Shown here piece after piece: positions 1 through 6,489 of a DNA stretch of 11,820 bases. A program made the position numbers and the translations under genes. The stretch's first letter is position 1; every line of letters begins with the position of its first letter. Location: positions 1-11,820 of IMG/VR virus record IMGVR_UViG_2778261668_000004. One strand, 5' to 3'. The notes beneath the pieces were generated by a model, which did not search any database, had not been told where the DNA came from, and worked only from the letters and a program-made list of their open reading frames with translations. The DNA is from a virus. Lineage: Duplodnaviria > Heunggongvirae > Uroviricota > Caudoviricetes.

Positions 1-201
1 TTACCCATTGGCGCGGCTTAAGAGCTTATTTTTGAATTCACAATGGTCACGATATAACCATCTTGCTCGTCCGTGGATAACTTTGGCTTTAGGCAGGTCG
101 CCGGACTTAATCCGGTCATAGATGAAGGTCTTACCGAAGCCAGTATCGGCCATGATGAATTTCAAATCAACCAGTGAATCAGGCTGTAGTTCGTGTTGCA
201 T
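1..201 (-). CDS. torI: AlpA/Vis-family winged-helix excisionase (recombination directionality factor), TorI-like
   Basis: 66-aa ORF with ATG at 199-201 and stop at 1-3. Contains the AlpA/Vis HTH pattern (LKFIMADTGFGKTFIYDRIKSGDLPKAKVIHGRARWLY). Length and position at the opposite end from a 385-aa integrase match my recollection of K-12 TorI; the symbol is from memory, not a search. Confidence 0.8.
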   Translation of the reverse strand: MQHELQPDSLVDLKFIMADTGFGKTFIYDRIKSGDLPKAKVIHGRARWLYRDHCEFKNKLLSRANG

Positions 202-246
202 GAGTGCTATCTCCGAATAGGGAATCGAACCTGCAAATCAGGCAAG

Positions 247-269
247 AAAAAACCGCCATCAGGCGGCTT
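247..269 (-). terminator. Rho-independent terminator (minus strand)
   Basis: Minus-strand read: GCCGCC-TGAT-GGCGG followed by TTTTTT (plus-strand CCGCC 253-257, loop 258-261, GGCGG 262-266, A-run 247-252). The stop codon of the 259-426 ORF lies in the loop. Confidence 0.55.
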
Positions 270-426
270 GGTGTTCTTTCAGTTCTTCAATTCGAATGTT
301 GGTTACGTCTGCATGTGCTATCTGCGCCCACAGCATCCAGTGGTCATAGCAGTCGCTGATGTTCTCGGCTTCGATAACTCTGTTGAATGGTTCTCCATTC
401 CATTCACCTGTGACTCGGAAGTGCAT
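259..426 (-). CDS. Small hypothetical protein (55 aa), not in ORF track
   Basis: My own translation of the reverse complement: MHFRVTGEWNGEPFNRVIEAENISDCYDHWMLWAQIAHADVTNIRIEELKEHQAA. ATG at 424-426 preceded by GGAG with a 7-nt spacer; stop TGA at 259-261. Below the track length cut-off. It sits between two terminators. Confidence 0.4.
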   Translation of the reverse strand: MHFRVTGEWNGEPFNRVIEAENISDCYDHWMLWAQIAHADVTNIRIEELKEHQAA

Positions 427-437
427 TTGTCATCTCC

Positions 438-464
438 ATAAAATAAAACTCGCCGTAGCGAGTT
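438..464 (-). terminator. Rho-independent terminator (minus strand) downstream of the DUF551 gene
   Basis: 7-bp stem AACTCGC (447-453) / GCGAGTT (458-464) with 4-nt loop; on the minus strand it is followed by UUAUUUUAU (plus A/T run 438-446). Confidence 0.55.
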
Positions 465-526
465 CAGATAAAAGAAATCCCCGCGAGTGCGAGGATTGTT
501 ATTCACCTTTAACGGCAAGTTGCAGG

Positions 527-1081
527 TTAGCCACGGTTTACCTCCTGCGGCGGTTCCGGTAGCGGCATCCAGTGAGTTGCTTGCTCAATGCCATTACCCG
601 GCTTAATCGTTGCATCTCCGCGCCGAAAGGTGCTTCCGGTATAGCGTGCGGAGCATATTAGCGGTTCAACCAGAGAGCTATCGAAATTCACCGAAATAAG
701 CACGTTCTGGCCCTTTTCAGGCATTCGCTCACTACAGCTTATCCAACCATCCGGAGTTACCGGAGAGCTGCCATTTACATCGAAGTTTGGCTCTGCGTCC
801 TGAACCAGGAGGATGTAACCATTCTTGGCAGTATCAAGTTCTAACGCCTCGGTGACGGTGCCGAAATAGCGATTACCTAAATCAGCATCACAAGTGCTTA
901 CATCAATGGAAACTTCCATGCCTTCGATTAATTCTGGCAAGTTGTAAGTTTGGCTTACAGGCTCTGCTTCCAGCGATGCCAGCGTAATCCGTGCAAGTTC
1001 CATTTGTTCACCACGGGTAAGCCCGTTTTCAAGCGGATTTTTAATGAACAATTCAATACGTTCTTTGGTAATAGTGGTCAT
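527..1081 (-). CDS. Phage protein with C-terminal DUF551 domain (X member of duplicated cassette)
   Basis: 184-aa ORF. The C-terminal GWISCSERMPEKGQNVL...ATHWMPLPEPP matches the DUF551 pattern as I recall it. N-terminal ~42 aa (…ITLASLEAEPV) are shared with the 1357-1722 product. AAGGAG sits 6 nt upstream of the ATG at 1079-1081. Confidence 0.85.
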   Translation of the reverse strand: MTTITKERIELFIKNPLENGLTRGEQMELARITLASLEAEPVSQTYNLPELIEGMEVSIDVSTCDADLGNRYFGTVTEALELDTAKNGYILLVQDAEPNFDVNGSSPVTPDGWISCSERMPEKGQNVLISVNFDSSLVEPLICSARYTGSTFRRGDATIKPGNGIEQATHWMPLPEPPQEVNRG

Positions 1082-1091
1082 GTGTTACTCC

Positions 1092-1355
1092 TTAACCCGC
1101 AGTGCTTTCAACTGACGAGGGGAACAAAATCTTTTCTTCAAATCCGGCATTCATATCATGGACAGCAACACACCAATCCATTGACGAACGATTATCAAGA
1201 GCCTCCATGATTTCATCCATGCGGCGTAGGTCATACAGGTAAATGCTTTTATCGCCAATGGTGTAAAAACCAATTTTTTTCGGTGACGGGCAGCGATCAA
1301 GAACGTTCTGTAATTCGCTCAACCATGCCTGTTCCTTTTTTGTCAAAGTTGCCAT
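1092..1355 (-). CDS. Hypothetical phage protein (Y member of duplicated cassette), 87 aa
   Basis: Start trimmed from the track's GTG at 1388 to the ATG at 1353-1355, which is preceded by AGGAGAG and the upstream gene's TGA stop (translational coupling). Product MATLTKKEQAWLSELQ… shows weak but consistent similarity to the 1726-2013 product. Confidence 0.7.
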   Translation of the reverse strand: MATLTKKEQAWLSELQNVLDRCPSPKKIGFYTIGDKSIYLYDLRRMDEIMEALDNRSSMDWCVAVHDMNAGFEEKILFPSSVESTAG

Positions 1356-1356
1356 A

Positions 1357-1722
1357 TCACTCTCCTTTCCCCTGAAGCATAGCGGCACGACAGGCGTTCC
1401 AGCCTCTCACCTCTGCAATAGCGGCAACAGCATCAACCGCGTACATTTTAAGAGGGTTAGGCATTGGTTTTTCTTCAGGTACTACTGGCACTGGAGGGGC
1501 GGCATAAACAGGAATAACGTCCGATTGCTCTTTATTGCTTTCATCCGTTAAAGCCCAGAATAATTTTCCAGCCGGATGTTTGAAAATATAAGCAACTGGT
1601 TCTGCTTCCAGCGATGCCAGAGCAATTTCATAAGCCCGACGCTCAATATTGTCTCGGACGTCCAGGCTGCCTATGCGCTCTTTGATTTCTTTAATCATTT
1701 CTTTGTCGGTAAAAGTAGTCAT
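1357..1722 (-). CDS. Hypothetical phage protein (X' member), 121 aa, shares N-terminal domain with the DUF551 protein
   Basis: N-terminus MTTFTDKEM…IALASLEAEPV aligns with MTTITKERI…ITLASLEAEPV of the 527-1081 product; the C-terminal half is unrelated and Pro-rich. Start context …TAACACATGACTAC is near-identical to that of the 527-1081 gene. Confidence 0.75.
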   Translation of the reverse strand: MTTFTDKEMIKEIKERIGSLDVRDNIERRAYEIALASLEAEPVAYIFKHPAGKLFWALTDESNKEQSDVIPVYAAPPVPVVPEEKPMPNPLKMYAVDAVAAIAEVRGWNACRAAMLQGKGE

Positions 1723-1725
1723 GTG

Positions 1726-2013
1726 TTAGTCCTCATCCACTTCAACCCCATCTTTCAGCGTGATGCCGTGCCAATCATCAGCCCAACTGGTTAGCCCTGG
1801 CGCATCAATGCTAGGCATATAGACGCTTGCAGTGTGGTAGCCCTTATCGTTATCAATGCTGGCAACGTGCTCGCCGTTGTATGCGCTCAGCGTGTCCAGG
1901 ACGCTATAAAACTTTCCTCCGGATGCCCTGAAATCCTTTACAGCCTTCACAAGGCGATTCCACGCTTTTTCCTGTTCTGGCGTCAGGTCGATTAATTCCT
2001 GCAAAGTTGCCAT
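1726..2013 (-). CDS. Hypothetical phage protein (Y' member), 95 aa
   Basis: ATG at 2011-2013 preceded by AAGGAGGG and the TGA stop of the upstream ORF. The junction GGAG-N-GTGATATGGCAAC is repeated at the start of the 1092-1355 gene. Confidence 0.7.
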   Translation of the reverse strand: MATLQELIDLTPEQEKAWNRLVKAVKDFRASGGKFYSVLDTLSAYNGEHVASIDNDKGYHTASVYMPSIDAPGLTSWADDWHGITLKDGVEVDED

Positions 2014-2014
2014 A

Positions 2015-2257
2015 TCACCCTCCTTTGATGCGAATGCCAGTGGTACTCATTCTCCTGATTTCCCAGAGCACACGAGGAACACCACCGTTTCCGACCGGAT
2101 CGCGTTTACTCCGCAGCGCGACGCTTGATTCCGCCCAGCTTTTTCTTGGAGGAAGCTCTTTCACACGAACAAAACCAGCTGCGCGAAGAGATGCTCCTGA
2201 TTCATCTGCCTGGGTGTACGTAATACAACGTTGATAACCCATACCCGTGTTGGTCAC
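2015..2257 (-). pseudogene. Probable 3' remnant of a C5-cytosine DNA methyltransferase gene
   Basis: The 80-aa ORF has no convincing start (GTG at 2257 with no usable SD; internal ATG at 2242 has a weak SD). Its product carries motifs resembling C5-MTase motifs IX and X (…SLRAAGF… and …GNGGVPRVLWEI, compare GNxV…VL..I). An ORF this short cannot encode a methyltransferase. It abuts the suspected deletion junction. The family call is from remembered motif patterns only. Confidence 0.4.
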
Positions 2258-2342
2258 CTTGATGATGCTTATAGCAGCAATGGAAAGCCTGTAGGCATCA
2301 CGATTTATCAGTTACCGCGCTCAAAATACGAGGAGCTAAAGA

Positions 2343-3017
2343 ATGTTAATTTTCCAGATTGCCAATAAGCACCTCAGCAAAGCTGTGTACTGCAAAGGTG
2401 GCAGTGATGGCGGCTCAAAAGCCCAGGCACGCGCAACTGAAAAGGGTATCGAACTGCAGCGTGAAATGTGGCAAACGAACATGCAGAACCTTGCACCGTT
2501 CACGCCACTCGCTCAGCAGTACGTATCACAGTTGCAAAATCTTTCCTCTCTTCAGGGGCAAGGTCAGGCACTTAACCAGTATTACAACTCTCAGCAGTAT
2601 AAAGACCTTGCAGGTCAGGCGCGTTACCAGAGTCTGGCAGCAGCAGAGGCAACGGGTGGATTAGGCTCTACAGCAACAGGAAACCAGTTAGCAGCAATCG
2701 CACCTACACTCGGTCAAAACTGGCTGTCAGGTCAGATGAACAACTACAACAATCTGGCAAATATCGGCCTTGGTGCTCTTACAGGTCAGGCAAATGCCGG
2801 ACAGAACTACGCTAACAACCTCAGCCAACTGTATCAACAGCAGGCGGCAGCATCTGCGGCGAATGCTAACCGACCATCAGGACTGCAATCAGCCTTGGGA
2901 GGTGCCATGAGCGGTGCGGCATCAGGGGCGATGATTGGCTCTGTGGTGCCAGGAATAGGTACGGCTGTTGGCGCTATTGGTGGCGGCATTATCGGTGGTC
3001 TTGGATCATTGTTTTAA
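2343..3017 (+). CDS. Ejection (DNA-transfer/internal virion) protein, P22 gp7-like
   Basis: 224-aa Gln/Asn/Ala/Gly-rich protein with a glycine-zipper-like C-terminal tail. First of three consecutive genes whose sizes (224/433/665 aa) and position immediately before a P22-type tailspike mirror P22 genes 7/20/16. SD GAGGAG 7 nt upstream. Confidence 0.75.
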   Translation: MLIFQIANKHLSKAVYCKGGSDGGSKAQARATEKGIELQREMWQTNMQNLAPFTPLAQQYVSQLQNLSSLQGQGQALNQYYNSQQYKDLAGQARYQSLAAAEATGGLGSTATGNQLAAIAPTLGQNWLSGQMNNYNNLANIGLGALTGQANAGQNYANNLSQLYQQQAAASAANANRPSGLQSALGGAMSGAASGAMIGSVVPGIGTAVGAIGGGIIGGLGSLF

Positions 3018-3026
3018 GGTGGGAAT

Positions 3027-4328
3027 ATGGCTACTTGGCAACAAGGAATCAACTCAGGCGGCTTTCTTGCTGGTATCGGTGGGCAAAACTCAAATGCGCC
3101 AAAGGCAAGTGATGTAAGTGAGGCGTTGGCCTATATTCGCCAGAACAACGAAATGGAGCGCTCAGGTCGCAATAACATCGGCCTTCAGGCGTTGCAGGGA
3201 CTTGGTAGTGTCGCTCAAACATATCAAGCTGCAAAGCAACAGGAAGCGGATGCTGCATTCCAAAAAGAATATGCGGCAGCCATCCAGTCCGGTGATCGAC
3301 AGCAGGTTCGAGATCTGATGACCAAATATCCTGGTCAATTAGAGAAGATTCAGTCTGGTATGAAGTGGGCAGACGAAGACCAGCGCAATTCTATCGGCAC
3401 CTTAGCGGCTGGCGCACGCCTTGCGGCCTCGTCTCCAGAAGCAATGCAATCATGGCTGCAAAACAACGCCAAGGAACTGGCGCGCGTCGGTGTTGACCCT
3501 AACAGCGTTGCTCAGATGTATCAGCAGAACCCTTCAGGATTTGGTGAGTTTGTTGATCACCTTGGAATGGCCGCTCTTGGTCCGATTGATTACTTCAATG
3601 TTCAGGACAAGATGGCTGGTCGTGAGATTGACCGAGGCAGGCTGGCAGAGACAATCCGCAGCAATCAGGCAGGAGAAGCACTAACAGCTCGAGGTCAGGA
3701 CATCCAGATACGTGGACAGAACATCAGCGCACAGAATGCTGCTCTTTCCCGAGAAATACAAAGAGCAGAATTACAAGAAAAGGCTCTGGACAGACAGATA
3801 GCCAGAGAAAGCAATCAGTTAAAGCTTGAAGAGCTAAAACAGAAACAGGCAGATGTTCGGCAAAAGGCTGACATAGCCCGCGCTGACAGGCAGGCCGCCG
3901 CTCAGGGTGCAGTTGATACGTTCAGCACCGCGCTTGATTCTCTCAACGAGATAGAGCAAAGCCCAGGCCTTTCAAAAGCAGTAGGAATTCGCTCAGCGTT
4001 TCCGACAGTTCCTGGCTCTGATGCGGCTAACTTTGAAGCAAGGCTCGACACCTTTAAAGCTCAAACATTCCTTCCTATGGTGCAGTCCCTGAAGGGTATG
4101 GGAGCTCTTTCAGATGCTGAGGGTAAAAAATTATCCGATGCGGTTGGTGCCCTAAGCCCCAAAATGAGTGAAAAGGCTTTTCGTGACTCTATCGGAAAGA
4201 TTAGAAATCAGCTTGAAAGCAAGTTGAGCACTGTTAAAAAACAGTTTGATTATCAGGAGCCGGTGCAGAATATTCCAAGGCAACAATCTACTACTGGCAG
4301 TAACTTTTCTTCACTATGGGGTGATTAA
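3027..4328 (+). CDS. Ejection protein, P22 gp20-like
   Basis: 433-aa protein with long predicted coiled-coil segments (…REIQRAELQEKALDRQIARESNQLKLEELKQKQADVRQKADIARADRQ…). SD AAGGTGGG upstream; its stop overlaps the next start (TAATG). Confidence 0.75.
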   Translation: MATWQQGINSGGFLAGIGGQNSNAPKASDVSEALAYIRQNNEMERSGRNNIGLQALQGLGSVAQTYQAAKQQEADAAFQKEYAAAIQSGDRQQVRDLMTKYPGQLEKIQSGMKWADEDQRNSIGTLAAGARLAASSPEAMQSWLQNNAKELARVGVDPNSVAQMYQQNPSGFGEFVDHLGMAALGPIDYFNVQDKMAGREIDRGRLAETIRSNQAGEALTARGQDIQIRGQNISAQNAALSREIQRAELQEKALDRQIARESNQLKLEELKQKQADVRQKADIARADRQAAAQGAVDTFSTALDSLNEIEQSPGLSKAVGIRSAFPTVPGSDAANFEARLDTFKAQTFLPMVQSLKGMGALSDAEGKKLSDAVGALSPKMSEKAFRDSIGKIRNQLESKLSTVKKQFDYQEPVQNIPRQQSTTGSNFSSLWGD

Positions 4329-6325
4329 TGGCTAAAGCATGGAAAGATGTTATCGCCTCTCCACAGTATCAGGCGTTAGCACCAGAACAAAAAGCGCAGG
4401 CTCAGGAGCAATACTTCAATGAAGTCGTGGCCCCGCAAGCCGGAGAAAATGCAGAGCAGGCTAAGCAAGCTTTCTATGCTGCCTATCCATTGCCATCTGT
4501 GCAGCCAGTGGAGACACAACAACCAGTATCACAGCAACAACCACAGCAAAGTGGATTTATGTCGGATCTTGGTGAAGCCGTGAAAGAAACTGGTCGCGGA
4601 CTGGTGCAGGCTGGCGTGAACGTGGCAAACATACCTGCATCAGTTGCCGATGCTATAACAAGCGCGGCGGCTTGGGCTGGCGGTAAACTCGGAATTGGCG
4701 ATGGGACATATCACCCAACGCCACGAGTAACAACGCAGGGATTAGAGCAGGACTTTGGCCTTCAGCAAGGCGCGCTGACTCCACAAACGACAGAGGGAAG
4801 GGTATTTGCTGAAGCATTGCCTTACCTCACTCCTGCTGGCGTTGAGAGAGCGGCATCACAGGCACCAACACTTGCTGGTCGAATTGCTCAGGGGGCAACT
4901 CGCCTTCTCGCTGAAAACGCAGTTGGATCACTTGCTGCAAATAGTGCGAAAGATGATGCGGAAGCACTCGCCACCGATTTAGGCGTTGGCGTTCTGGCTG
5001 GCGGCGCTATTAACGCTGCCGGACGTGGATTAGGCGCTGCTTATCGTGGCGTTCGTGGTGCTATTGCACCAGAAGCGCAGCAAGCTATCAGATTTGCAGA
5101 GCGTGAAGGAGTGCCTCTGCACACCACAGACCTGTTACAGCCTACTTCCCGCGTCGGGAAAATGGCGCAGACTACAGCAGAAAATATCCCTCTGGCTGGC
5201 ACAAGCGGAATGAGAGCAACGCAACAGGAAGCGAGAAGCCAGTTGGTGCAGAGATTTGCTGATAAATTCGGCGAGTACGATCCGGCAGTTGTTATTGACA
5301 GCCTTAAAGCGAAAACATCAGGAATTCGTCGTGCTGCCGGTAATCGACTGGAGCAGGTTCAGAATGCTATGGCTGGAGTAAACATTCAGCCTGTGCGAGC
5401 AATTCAGCAGATTGATACTGAGATATCTAACCTGCAGAAGCTTGGTAAGGTCGCTGATAACGAGACGATTTCAAAACTTCAATCCTATCGTGATGAGCTT
5501 ATTCGCAATGCTGGTCCTGATGGTCCGGTAAATCTGGATTTGAAGCAATTAAGCGATCTGCGCAGCCAGTTCAGAATGGACGTGAAGGGGGAACGACCAG
5601 TGTTACCAAACCGTTCCGATGCTGCCATTCAGCGCGTTTACAAGGCAATGACCGACGATATCAATGGCGCCATTGGTCAGAATCTTGGCAACGATACTCT
5701 CCGTAAATATCAGCAGGCCAATGCCGTCTATGCTGACGAAGCAGCGAAACTAAAGAATACCAGGCTGAAGAATGTTCTCATGAAAGGCGATCTGACGCCG
5801 GAAGTTGTCAACAACATGCTATTCAGCAAGAACAAATCGGAAATTAAGACTCTGTATAACTCAGTTGGTCGTGTTGGCAGGGCGCAAATGCGCAATGGCA
5901 TCATTGGAAAGGCGATGGAGAAATCAGGTGGTTCCCCTGACCAGTTCCTTCGGCAGCTTAACATCCTGCAAAACCAGACTGGCATCACATTTAAAGGTCA
6001 GGAAGCCGCTTATCTGAAAGGATTGAAAAACTACCTGCAATCCACGCAGCAGGCTGCAAAAGCGGCAGTAACAACACCAACAGGGCAGCAAACCATCCCG
6101 TTCATTATCGGGTATGGGACGGCAATGAACCCGGCAACAACTGGCGCAGCAGTAAGCTACGGACTTCTTACTCGCGCCTATGAGAGCGAGCCATTCAGAA
6201 ATGCAATGCTCCGAATGGCAAACACACCACGCGGATCAACAGCGTTTGAGAAAGCCATGCAGCAGGCGCAAAAGGCCATTAACGCCATGACGCAGGGGGC
6301 TAAGTCTGATGCATTGTCAGAATAG
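4328..6325 (+). CDS. Ejection protein, P22 gp16-like
   Basis: 665-aa Ala/Gln-rich protein, translationally coupled to the preceding gene (TAATG overlap). Third member of the trio by position and size. Confidence 0.75.
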   Translation: MAKAWKDVIASPQYQALAPEQKAQAQEQYFNEVVAPQAGENAEQAKQAFYAAYPLPSVQPVETQQPVSQQQPQQSGFMSDLGEAVKETGRGLVQAGVNVANIPASVADAITSAAAWAGGKLGIGDGTYHPTPRVTTQGLEQDFGLQQGALTPQTTEGRVFAEALPYLTPAGVERAASQAPTLAGRIAQGATRLLAENAVGSLAANSAKDDAEALATDLGVGVLAGGAINAAGRGLGAAYRGVRGAIAPEAQQAIRFAEREGVPLHTTDLLQPTSRVGKMAQTTAENIPLAGTSGMRATQQEARSQLVQRFADKFGEYDPAVVIDSLKAKTSGIRRAAGNRLEQVQNAMAGVNIQPVRAIQQIDTEISNLQKLGKVADNETISKLQSYRDELIRNAGPDGPVNLDLKQLSDLRSQFRMDVKGERPVLPNRSDAAIQRVYKAMTDDINGAIGQNLGNDTLRKYQQANAVYADEAAKLKNTRLKNVLMKGDLTPEVVNNMLFSKNKSEIKTLYNSVGRVGRAQMRNGIIGKAMEKSGGSPDQFLRQLNILQNQTGITFKGQEAAYLKGLKNYLQSTQQAAKAAVTTPTGQQTIPFIIGYGTAMNPATTGAAVSYGLLTRAYESEPFRNAMLRMANTPRGSTAFEKAMQQAQKAINAMTQGAKSDALSE

Positions 6326-6489
6326 CTTCGCAAACACCAGGAACGTGCAAAAACCAAATATGTAGAACGTAATGTTCAACAAATCTCTTTGCATAGACTC
6401 ATCTCATAATTAACAAATCATAACTGACATTAGTGCAATGCCGGGCAGGTTGCGTCTTGTCCGGAATTGCTACGTCCGGAGCAAATTAA

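Noticed and set aside
205-240. tRNA T-loop-like motif (GGTTCGATTCC on the minus strand), possibly a tRNA 3' fragment or att core
   Set aside because: The flanking bases cannot form a T-stem (GCAGG versus CCCTA) and no acceptor stem or CCA-compatible end follows. Att sites for this integrase family would lie outside the excisionase and integrase genes, not between internal genes.
193-562. Plus-strand ORF 193-441, minus-strand ORF 318-518 and plus-strand ORF 359-562 from the track
   Set aside because: They overlap each other and run through both terminator hairpins and the excisionase start. None has a convincing SD. The 259-426 minus-strand ORF explains the region better.
1356-1388. Extended GTG start for the 1092-1388 ORF (track start MPLCFRGKESDM…)
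   Set aside because: The extension overlaps the 3' end of the upstream gene and has no SD. The internal ATG at 1353-1355 has a strong AGGAGAG SD and reproduces the junction seen at the paralogous gene.
2007-2234. Plus-strand 75-aa ORF (Arg/Pro-rich) overlapping the methyltransferase-like remnant
   Set aside because: Its composition looks like an out-of-frame read of GC-rich coding sequence, it has no SD, and the minus-strand frame carries recognisable motifs and a coupled junction with the downstream gene.
2258-2342. A sigma-70 promoter driving the ejection-protein genes
   Set aside because: I could not find -35 and -10 hexamers with acceptable spacing. Transcription may depend on read-through or an activator, so no promoter feature is called.
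2359-5988. Track ORFs nested inside the ejection-protein genes (2359-2664 +, 3049-3258 -, 3118-3318 +, 3421-3684 +, 5728-5988 -)
   Set aside because: All lie entirely within, or out of frame with, long well-supported ORFs, and their products are low-complexity or Arg/Cys/His-rich as expected of alternative-frame artefacts.
5805-6017. Plus-strand 70-aa ORF within the gp16-like gene
   Set aside because: Alternative frame of a long coding region; no SD and a basic, Cys-rich product.
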